From positions 7,083-71,082 of IMG/VR virus record IMGVR_UViG_3300031344_000007: DNA of 64,000 nt. One strand, written 5' to 3'. Position numbers and translations under genes: made by a program. Positions 15,569 to 24,157 of the stretch are shown piece after piece. The first letter of the stretch is position 1, and every line of letters begins with the position of its first letter. Origin of the DNA: a virus. Below the pieces are notes generated by a model. That model ran no database searches. It had not been told where the DNA came from and saw only the letters and a list, made by a program, of their open reading frames with translations.

Positions 15569-15792
15569 AACTAAAATTTTATAACTATGTTTAACAAAAT
15601 CATTGCAAATATATGCATTAAAATTATAAATACAAGCATTTTTTAAAAAAATTTTTATTAATAAGAAAAAATGTGTGAATCATGTAACATATTATCGGAA
15701 ATGTGTAACCTTTTTTAAATACCCTAAATGTATTTATTAGTGTTAGATAGCCACATTTTTCAATAAAAATTTAACACCAATAAAATAAATCA

Positions 15793-16212
15793 ATGAAAAC
15801 TACTAAACAAATTTGGACGCTTGAAGCTCTTAAGGAGCATTATGATATTGTATTGAAAAATCAATATGAACACTATAATGTATTGCTTGCTGAACGAGAT
15901 GAACGAGTAACACAAAGATATCAAGCAATGGAATTGGCAGTAAATAAAGCAGAAACTGCAACTGAAAAGCGTTTTGAAGGTGTAAACGAATTTCGTGCAC
16001 AACTTGGTGACCAGTCAAGAACACTTATGCCACGTATTGAAACAGAAGTGTTATTAAAAAATGCTAACGATAAAATTGACGCACTTACAATTAAAGTTGA
16101 AAAAAGCGAAAATATTAAAGCAGGTGGAAATACAGTAATTGCATATATTGTTGCTGGTATATCATTAATTGTAACACTTATTACATTATTGGGAAAATTT
16201 AAAATAATATAA
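15793..16212 (+). CDS. Coiled-coil protein with C-terminal TM helix
   Basis: AVNKAETATEKRFEGVNEFR, hydrophobic C-terminus. Confidence 0.65.
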   Translation: MKTTKQIWTLEALKEHYDIVLKNQYEHYNVLLAERDERVTQRYQAMELAVNKAETATEKRFEGVNEFRAQLGDQSRTLMPRIETEVLLKNANDKIDALTIKVEKSENIKAGGNTVIAYIVAGISLIVTLITLLGKFKII

Positions 16213-16234
16213 AAAAAATTGATTATAATTAAAA

Positions 16235-16387
16235 ATGAAAATTAATATAGATAATGTTAATATGCCATATGAGTCATATGAAGTACATTCACTTAAAATT
16301 CTCAATAAAATAAAAACTGATTTAGTTTTACGACTTAAATATATTAATGAACGAATTATAAATTTAATAAAGAAAGAAAATGAGTAA
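16235..16387 (+). CDS. Small hypothetical protein (50 aa)
   Basis: MKINIDNVNMPYESYEV..., fills the gap and overlaps the next start. Confidence 0.45.
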   Translation: MKINIDNVNMPYESYEVHSLKILNKIKTDLVLRLKYINERIINLIKKENE

Positions 16388-16805
16388 TAATGAAAAAAAT
16401 TATGATGATATTCTATTAATTGAGAATATGACATTAAATGAATTTGATGTGAAGTTTATTAAAAATTTATTAATACGTCAGGATGAAATAAAGGAAATGG
16501 AATTATCAAATATGTTAAAAAATAATGTAGATACTATTGTTAATGCAATTATTACCGAATTAAATAGTAGAGAAGAAAGAATATTTGATGCATTAAAGTA
16601 TCAAGAAAATAAAGTACATAATGCATTAAAAATTCAAGAAGATAAAGTACATGATGCAGTAAAAGAACAAGAAATTAAGGTTCTTGCAGCAGTAAAAAAT
16701 CAAGAAGATAAAGTATTAAGGGCTTTAAAAGAACAAGAAGATAAAGTATTAAAGGCTTTAAAAGAACAAGAAGATAAAGTATTAAAGGCAATTAATGGTC
16801 AATAA
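16380..16805 (+). CDS. Coiled-coil protein with 11-aa tandem repeats
   Basis: About six copies of QEDKVxxAxKx. Confidence 0.65.
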   Translation: MSNNEKNYDDILLIENMTLNEFDVKFIKNLLIRQDEIKEMELSNMLKNNVDTIVNAIITELNSREERIFDALKYQENKVHNALKIQEDKVHDAVKEQEIKVLAAVKNQEDKVLRALKEQEDKVLKALKEQEDKVLKAINGQ

Positions 16806-16810
16806 ATAAT

Positions 16811-18040
16811 TTGAAAATGAAAAATTCCATTAGAATACTTTTATTGGAAAATTCCAATGTTCAAGCAAAGACGATACTTCAATTATTAAGAAACGGTGAA
16901 AACAATATATCAGTATTGATTGCCGAAAACAGAAAATCTTATATTGAATTATTAAATGATAATGCTATTGATATTATCATATGTAATCATGTATTACCAG
17001 AAGGTTTCAATTCATTAGAAGCAATGAGAATTGCTAAGAATATTTATCCAAATATTCCATGTATATTACTTTCAGGGTCAATTAATGATGATTTTGCTAT
17101 CGAGTTACTTAAAGAAGGATTTGATGATTACGTTAGTAATGACCATTTATTCTTTTTACCATTTTCAATTGAAAACGTTTTTCTTAAATATTCATATAAG
17201 GCAGAAATTACTAAATTAGAATCTGAAATCAAAATATTGCAAGAATCTTATAATATAATTGATGATGAGAAAAGAAGTATGACACAAAGTATTATTTTTG
17301 CTGAAAGAATTCAAAGTTTAACATTACCCAAAATTGATTTATTACTTAATAATTTCAAAGAAGCATTTATATATTATAAACCAAAAGATATTGTAAGTGG
17401 AGATTTTTATTGGTTTTCAGCAGATGGTGATAATGTTGTTATTGTGGTTGCCGATTGTACTGGACATGGTGTATCTGGTTCATTATTAGCCATGCTTGGT
17501 TCTAATTTTTTAAATGAAATTGTTGAAAATGAAAATAATTATGATAATCCAACAGATATACTTATAAAACTTGATGCTAATCTTTGTAAAGTATTAAAAC
17601 AATCAGTAGAGAATAATTATCAAGATGGAATTGATTTAGCTTTAATTTCCATTAATAAAAAAGAAAAGAAAATACGTTTTAGTGGATGTAATGGTTCATT
17701 ATTATATATTATGAAAGGTCAAAAGAAAATCAACATATATAAAGGAAATTCATATTTAATTGGTGGTATTGATTATTATAGTATTAATAAAAAATTTGTT
17801 ACAGAAGAAATAAATTATGAAACAGGTGATGTAATTTATATGCACACAGATGGATATGTTGACCAATTTGGTGGAGATAATAATAAAAAATTTAATAAAA
17901 ATGTTTTTTATAATTTATTATGTTCATTTCAACATTTAAGTTTACAATATCAATGTCAATTAATCGAACAAAGATTATTAAAATGGAAAGGTTGTTTCCC
18001 ACAAACAGATGATATTTTAGTTGTTGGCATTAAATTATAA
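16811..18040 (+). CDS. Receiver-like domain fused to a SpoIIE/PP2C phosphatase
   Basis: KPKDIVSGDFYW, ADCTGHGVSG, DGIDLA, TDGYVDQFGG, QTDDILVVG. Confidence 0.88.
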   Translation: MKMKNSIRILLLENSNVQAKTILQLLRNGENNISVLIAENRKSYIELLNDNAIDIIICNHVLPEGFNSLEAMRIAKNIYPNIPCILLSGSINDDFAIELLKEGFDDYVSNDHLFFLPFSIENVFLKYSYKAEITKLESEIKILQESYNIIDDEKRSMTQSIIFAERIQSLTLPKIDLLLNNFKEAFIYYKPKDIVSGDFYWFSADGDNVVIVVADCTGHGVSGSLLAMLGSNFLNEIVENENNYDNPTDILIKLDANLCKVLKQSVENNYQDGIDLALISINKKEKKIRFSGCNGSLLYIMKGQKKINIYKGNSYLIGGIDYYSINKKFVTEEINYETGDVIYMHTDGYVDQFGGDNNKKFNKNVFYNLLCSFQHLSLQYQCQLIEQRLLKWKGCFPQTDDILVVGIKL

Positions 18041-18313
18041 AATTTTTTTATTTTATGATAATAACACATAAAAAAATTGCATCATAATAAATATGATGCA
18101 ATTACATTTTAAATATCATTTTATTTTAAAAAATAACCACTATCTGGCATTAAATTTTTAAAAATCATTCCTGATTCTCAGAACTAACTTAATTACTAGT
18201 TAAGCAATGATTCTCTGTATATAAATACTTATAATATAAATATAATTTAAGTATTTTTGATGATATTAATCAACTTTTAAATAAAATATTTAGTATTTAT
18301 AAAAAATGATTTT

Positions 18314-18919
18314 ATGGAGAATAAAAAAATCATAAAAATAATTAATGAAGAAATTACAAATTTTGATTTTTTAAGTAATGATGAACGTCTTAAGGGACAG
18401 GAAGACACTGATTTACTAAAAAATGAAGATATGCAAAAACAATTTATTTGTGATTCGCTTTTAAATAAAAAAGATAAAATAAAAATTGTAGAAGTTACTG
18501 ACGCTCGTATTGGTGGAAATTGGAAAGAGGATGTTGACGATGCAAATAAACTTACCATTGAATATTATTTAAAGATTCAATATACTTATGACCCACAAAA
18601 AAAACCAATTATTTTTTATTTAAATTTCGATAGTGATGATATTTCATTTAGTAAAAATGTTTCTTATGATAAGGGTAGTAATGATGTTGCACCATATGGT
18701 GAATCATGGTTTAACTCATTAAATTGGAACGATATAAATGTTATATTATCTACTGAAGATGGTGATGAAATAGAATTTATTGCATTCAAAAAAGCACCAC
18801 AAAAAATACAAATGTTGTTTATTAGGGAATATACTGCAGACTTTATTGAAAATGAAACTAATATGGATATCCGTACAAGAGAAATGAATGATAAGATTCA
18901 AAATATTCCTTATTGTTAA
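18314..18919 (+). CDS. Hypothetical late protein
   Basis: GTATTTATA at 18293; N-terminal IIKIINEEITNF. Confidence 0.6.
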   Translation: MENKKIIKIINEEITNFDFLSNDERLKGQEDTDLLKNEDMQKQFICDSLLNKKDKIKIVEVTDARIGGNWKEDVDDANKLTIEYYLKIQYTYDPQKKPIIFYLNFDSDDISFSKNVSYDKGSNDVAPYGESWFNSLNWNDINVILSTEDGDEIEFIAFKKAPQKIQMLFIREYTADFIENETNMDIRTREMNDKIQNIPYC

Positions 18920-19063
18920 TATATGATAAACGAAAGAAAAAAGATATTAAATAAAGTCAACGAATTAATTGATAGAAGAAAAAATGAGTTACTTAATGAG
19001 CTACAAAAAAACAATGTGTCGGAATTAAATAATATATATGTAGTTACAAGTAATACTATTTAA

Positions 19064-19267
19064 TTACCATTTTTTTAAGATACAATGGGCTTTTGGACTG
19101 CGAACCTTGGCTAGCATATAACAACCACATAGTTTACAAGTATTTCTTTTAGTTAATTTATCACAAACAATACAAATTTCAATTCTTCTTTTTGCCTCTG
19201 CTTCTATTTTTGGATTAGGAAATGTAAAATTTTTCCAACCTTCATATATTTCAGATAATTTACTCAT
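19064..19267 (-). CDS. Small Cys-rich Zn-binding protein
   Basis: RIEICIVC...CKLCGC...AKVR...C..KKW. Confidence 0.65.
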   Translation of the reverse strand: MSKLSEIYEGWKNFTFPNPKIEAEAKRRIEICIVCDKLTKRNTCKLCGCYMLAKVRSPKAHCILKKW

Positions 19268-19332
19268 AAAATTTTATTTTTTGTAAATTTAACAATTTTA
19301 CTATTATAATTTTAAATTTTTAATATATTTTT

Positions 19333-22300
19333 TTAATCTAAAACAATGGTATATTCATTTGTACTAATAATAAAATTTCTTATATAAACTGTACTTCCTA
19401 CTCCAGCTTGTACATAAATTGTTATATCATCACCGGGAGACCAACCTGCTATATCTTCACTATAAGTAACATAACTTGTAGTTGCAGTTCGTGGTGTTCC
19501 TACTCCACTAGCACCTTTTTCAATTAGTGCTGCTCCACCTGCTCCACTTGCATATTTAACATCAAATTTAATTCTATATGTTCCTGAATAAGCATTTATT
19601 TTAATATCTTTTAACTTGGTTGGAGTAGTAGATGTTGATGTTCTTTCAGTTAATGATTGAGCTATAATAGAATCTCCTGCTAAACTAACTATATTAGTTA
19701 CTCCATAAATAGTTGTACCTGATATAATTGGACTTTTTACACTTGTTGCTGCATAAAGATTTCCTGATGTTGTATCAATTCTAACAACATTAGTAGTACC
19801 AGCAGCATTTGTAAAAGTAAATCCTGAATAACTATCAACTCTTGGTTTAAAAGTTAAATTACCAGAATTATTATAAAGAGTATGACTATAATCACTAATA
19901 CTTGTAGATGTTCCACCCATTACCAATGAATTTGCACCTATTATTCTTGCACTACCATTAACATCAAGCATATACATAGGTGCTGTTGCAAAACCTATTG
20001 CCATACTTCCATTTTGGGCAATGCCATCCACGTAAGTATAACCCCCACCATTTCTATCAAAAGCAAATCTCAATAGTGAAGTTGGAGTAGTACCTTTAGT
20101 AGATAAGTTTTCTATTATCCAGTTCATCGTATTACTAACTGCTACTGCAGTTGTATTCCAAGCCGTACCAGATAATCTAATACGGGGAGATATCTGGTCT
20201 TGTCCTACTAAAGCAGCAGTAGTATTGGTTACAACTAATCCATCAGTTGATGTTAGTGTTAAAGCTGTTTTTGTTGATGCTACATAGCTAAATGCTCCTG
20301 TAGTCGCAGCTAATGCAGCAGTCGTTATATTTCCAGCATAAAGATATGATTGAGTTCCTAAAGTAATAACTGGTAGGGCATTCGTAGCACTTGAGCCAGC
20401 TATAGACCATGACATTAAGGTAATACCATCCGCAGTTTGAATTTGATTTGATGCTAATTTTAAATTACCATCAATTAATAAATCGCCTGTTCCTACTGTT
20501 TTATCTTTTATACTAATAGATGTTATAGTTATTGTTTGAGATGCGGGAGCTATAATAATTAGTTTACCAGTTGTTGTAGCTAATATATCACAAGTATATG
20601 TTCTTGCACTTAGTAAATAATAAAGACCAGAAACTCCTCCAAGTTGATAATTTATTGAACTACCTACGGAAACAGCACTAACTATAATGGTTACTCTATA
20701 TGTATGTCCTATTTGAATGTTTGATGTTCCTGTTGGAGTTGCAGTTAATGAATTAGTACTTGCTGTTTTTACTAAAGTACCGCCAGTTGCTTTCCAACCA
20801 CCAACACCAGCATCATACCCTAATGTCCAAAATGATGTGGTTAATGGTGGTGCTAATTCTGCACCAATGGTGGCATAAGTTTTTGCATTTTGTCCTGCAG
20901 TATTTGAACCAATATCTAACCCTATTGTAGGTGAAGCATTTCCTATTCCTATTTTTCCACTATTTAAAATTCTCATTGCTTCAGTATTACCATTATTTCC
21001 AACTTTAAAAACAATATCAGCACCTGTTGTACCACTTGCAGAAGTTGATATTATATTTAATCCTGAATTTGTTGAGGTTGAACCAATTATTGTTTGACCA
21101 CCACTAAGACCAGTAATTAAATTATTTTTAACGATTCTGCTACTTAATGTTATACCTGATGTTGCACCAGTAATTGCATTAGTTATTGCAGTATTGGTTT
21201 TACCTGTATAACTATTAATTTGTGTTTTATTATAATAATTTGCAGGTTCAGTAGTACCAGTATAATAATTAATTTGTGATGTTGTACTATATTGACTATG
21301 TGTATGTCCAGTTTGAAAGATACTTAAAGTCGTACCTGATAACCATGCAGGTTTATTAGTTAATGTAGTCCAAGATGGTGTTGCTATAATTGGAGAATAT
21401 ATTGTAACAGTATTTGTAGCTCCAGTTTTAATAATAGTTGCTCCACTTTGAATAAATGTATAATAATTGGTTTTAGTTAAACCTGAAACTCCTTGTATAC
21501 CCTGAATGCCTTGACTTCCAGTATCACCCTTATCACCTTTAATTCCCTGTATGCCTTGAATACCCTGCGCTCCAGTTGCACCACTTAAACCACGTATACC
21601 TTGTATACCCTGAGCACCTGTAGCTCCTGAAATGCCTCTTATGCCCTGTATTCCCTGTATACCTTGAGCACCAGTAGCTCCTGAAATGCCTTGAATCCCT
21701 TGACTTCCAGTATCACCTTTATCGCCTTTAATTCCCTGTATGCCTTGTATACCCTGTGCTCCAGTTGCGCCACTAATACCACGTATACCTTGAATTCCCT
21801 GTATACCCTGAGCACCTGTAGCTCCACTAATACCACGTATACCTTGGATGCCTTGAGCACCAGTAGCTCCACTTAAACCACGAATACCTTGAATACCCTG
21901 TATACCTTGAGCACCAGTTGCACCACTAATTCCTCTTATGCCTTGGATACCCTGACTTCCAGTAGCACCACTTAAACCTCTTATGCCCTGTATTCCCTGT
22001 ATACCTTGAGCACCAGTAGCTCCTGAAATGCCTTGAATGCCTTGTGCTCCTGTAGCTCCTGAAATGCCTCTTATGCCTTGTGCACCTGTAGCTCCACTAA
22101 TACCTTGTATTCCTTGTGCACCAGTGTGTCCTGAAATTCCTTGAATACCTTGTATACCCTGTGCACCAGTAGCTCCACTTAAACCTCTTATACCTTGTAT
22201 ACCTTGAATTCCCTGTATACCTTGTGCACCTGTAGCTCCACTTAAACCACGAATACCCTGTATACCTTGAATTCCCTGTGCTCCAGTTGCACCTGAAATT

Positions 22301-24156
22301 CCTCTTATACCTTGTGCTCCAGTTGCGCCACTAATACCACGTATACCTTGAATACCTTGTGCACCAGTAGCTCCTGAAATGCCTCTTATGCCTTGAATAC
22401 CTTGTATTCCTTGAGCACCTGTTGCTCCACTTAAACCTCTTATACCTTGAATACCTTGAGCACCAGTTGCTCCTGAAGGTACATAGATATTTAATGTGTA
22501 GGCATTACCTATTTTATTTTGATGTACAATTGTTGAACCTGAACCAGAAAAAGTAAATGTTGGCGTTATTCCTGAAATGCCTTGTATACCCTGAACACCA
22601 GTATGTCCACTAACCCCTTGTATGCCTTGAATTCCCTGTATACCTTGTGCACCAGTAGCACCACTTAAACCTCTTATACCTTGAATACCCTGTGCTCCCG
22701 TAGCTCCACTTAAACCACGAATACCCTGAATACCTTGACTTCCCTGTGCACCAGTTGCACCACTTAAACCACGAATACCCTGAATACCTTGTGCTCCTGT
22801 TGCACCACTAATTCCTCTTATGCCTTGGATACCTTGAGCACCAGTATGTCCACTAACCCCTTGAATGCCTTGTATACCCTGTATGCCTGTATGTCCACTA
22901 ACTCCTTGAATTCCCTGAATGCCTGTATGTCCACTAACTCCTTGAATTCCCTGAATGCCTTGGATGCCTTGAGCACCAGTAGCTCCTGAAATTCCTTGGA
23001 TACCTTGACTTCCAGTATCACCTTTATCACCCTTAATACCTTGTATACCCTGAATACCTTGTGCTCCTGTTGCACCACTAATTCCTCTTATGCCTTGAAT
23101 TCCCTGTATGCCTTGTATTCCCTGAGCACCCGTAGCACCACTAATACCACGTATACCCTGAATACCTTGTACTCCAGTATGTCCTGAAGGTGCATAGATA
23201 TTTAAAGTATAATTGTTACCTACTTTATGCTGGTTAATTATTGTACTTCCTGAACCAGAAAAGGTAAAAGTTGGGGTCACGCCTGAAATTCCTTGAATAC
23301 CTTGACTTCCAGTATCTCCTTTTACACCAGTGTGTCCCGAAACTCCTTGAATACCCTGTACACCAGTACGTCCACTAATTCCTTGAATTCCTTGTGCTCC
23401 TGTTGCACCCGAAGGCGAATAAATATAAATTTTAGTTATATCACCAATTGTTGTTGCACTAACCACAGTTGGTGTTACACCAGTAAAAATATAATTTCCC
23501 GAACCTCCTGTTGATATTCGAGTATAAATTCTATATGTATTATCCACCAATTTTACAATAGTTTCACCACTACCTAAAAATGAAGGTTTATTTGTTATTG
23601 TATTTCCAGTATAACTATGATTATGTGCTAATTCAAAATTAATTAAAGTTGTTCCAGTTAACCATGTAGGACGATTTTTTAGAGTTAACCAAGAAGTTGA
23701 TATACCAGTAATTGCATTATAAACAGCAAGTGTTGAAGTATATCCGGTTATATTTGGATTTAATAAATCGTTCTTTTTATTAGCAATGTTTTCTGCAATA
23801 TATGGTGGTCTAATTACTGGTATATTTGAATTATAATCAGTTAAGACAACCATATCTTTAGCTGCATCAATAATACCTTGTCCGGTATTAGTAACTTCAA
23901 CATATTCTAATAAGTTAGAATTGTTACTACTTAAAACAATTACTTCGTTATTTGTATTAACAATTTTTTTGTGATTATGTACTAATCCATAAGTTAATGG
24001 TATTGTTGTACCAGTATAAATATTAAATTTTGAACCATAATCAGTTAAGACAATCATATCTTTAGCTGCATCTTGTCCAGTATTTGTAACTTCAACATAT
24101 TCTAATAAGTTAGAATTGTTATCATTTATAACAATTTCTTCATTATTTGTATTCAC
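19333..24156 (-). CDS. Tail fibre-like protein with collagen (Gly-X-Y) repeats
   Basis: About 600 aa of GIQ/GAQ/GAT/GIS triplets, Thr/Gly-rich C-terminal region with EAMRI..GKIGIG motif. Confidence 0.85.
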   Translation of the reverse strand: MNTNNEEIVINDNNSNLLEYVEVTNTGQDAAKDMIVLTDYGSKFNIYTGTTIPLTYGLVHNHKKIVNTNNEVIVLSSNNSNLLEYVEVTNTGQGIIDAAKDMVVLTDYNSNIPVIRPPYIAENIANKKNDLLNPNITGYTSTLAVYNAITGISTSWLTLKNRPTWLTGTTLINFELAHNHSYTGNTITNKPSFLGSGETIVKLVDNTYRIYTRISTGGSGNYIFTGVTPTVVSATTIGDITKIYIYSPSGATGAQGIQGISGRTGVQGIQGVSGHTGVKGDTGSQGIQGISGVTPTFTFSGSGSTIINQHKVGNNYTLNIYAPSGHTGVQGIQGIRGISGATGAQGIQGIQGIQGIRGISGATGAQGIQGIQGIKGDKGDTGSQGIQGISGATGAQGIQGIQGIQGVSGHTGIQGIQGVSGHTGIQGIQGIQGVSGHTGAQGIQGIRGISGATGAQGIQGIRGLSGATGAQGSQGIQGIRGLSGATGAQGIQGIRGLSGATGAQGIQGIQGIQGVSGHTGVQGIQGISGITPTFTFSGSGSTIVHQNKIGNAYTLNIYVPSGATGAQGIQGIRGLSGATGAQGIQGIQGIRGISGATGAQGIQGIRGISGATGAQGIRGISGATGAQGIQGIQGIRGLSGATGAQGIQGIQGIQGIRGLSGATGAQGIQGIQGISGHTGAQGIQGISGATGAQGIRGISGATGAQGIQGISGATGAQGIQGIQGIRGLSGATGSQGIQGIRGISGATGAQGIQGIQGIRGLSGATGAQGIQGIRGISGATGAQGIQGIQGIRGISGATGAQGIQGIQGIKGDKGDTGSQGIQGISGATGAQGIQGIQGIRGISGATGAQGIQGIRGLSGATGAQGIQGIQGIKGDKGDTGSQGIQGIQGVSGLTKTNYYTFIQSGATIIKTGATNTVTIYSPIIATPSWTTLTNKPAWLSGTTLSIFQTGHTHSQYSTTSQINYYTGTTEPANYYNKTQINSYTGKTNTAITNAITGATSGITLSSRIVKNNLITGLSGGQTIIGSTSTNSGLNIISTSASGTTGADIVFKVGNNGNTEAMRILNSGKIGIGNASPTIGLDIGSNTAGQNAKTYATIGAELAPPLTTSFWTLGYDAGVGGWKATGGTLVKTASTNSLTATPTGTSNIQIGHTYRVTIIVSAVSVGSSINYQLGGVSGLYYLLSARTYTCDILATTTGKLIIIAPASQTITITSISIKDKTVGTGDLLIDGNLKLASNQIQTADGITLMSWSIAGSSATNALPVITLGTQSYLYAGNITTAALAATTGAFSYVASTKTALTLTSTDGLVVTNTTAALVGQDQISPRIRLSGTAWNTTAVAVSNTMNWIIENLSTKGTTPTSLLRFAFDRNGGGYTYVDGIAQNGSMAIGFATAPMYMLDVNGSARIIGANSLVMGGTSTSISDYSHTLYNNSGNLTFKPRVDSYSGFTFTNAAGTTNVVRIDTTSGNLYAATSVKSPIISGTTIYGVTNIVSLAGDSIIAQSLTERTSTSTTPTKLKDIKINAYSGTYRIKFDVKYASGAGGAALIEKGASGVGTPRTATTSYVTYSEDIAGWSPGDDITIYVQAGVGSTVYIRNFIISTNEYTIVLD
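21490..23410 (-). repeat. Collagen-like tandem repeat region
   Basis: Degenerate 9-nt units, e.g. GGTATACAA/GGTGCTCAA; boundaries approximate. Confidence 0.9.
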
Positions 24157-24157
24157 A

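Noticed and set aside
21490-23410. Repeat array as CRISPR or DGR
   Set aside because: In-frame collagen coding repeats with synonymous variation; no spacers, cas or reverse transcriptase genes
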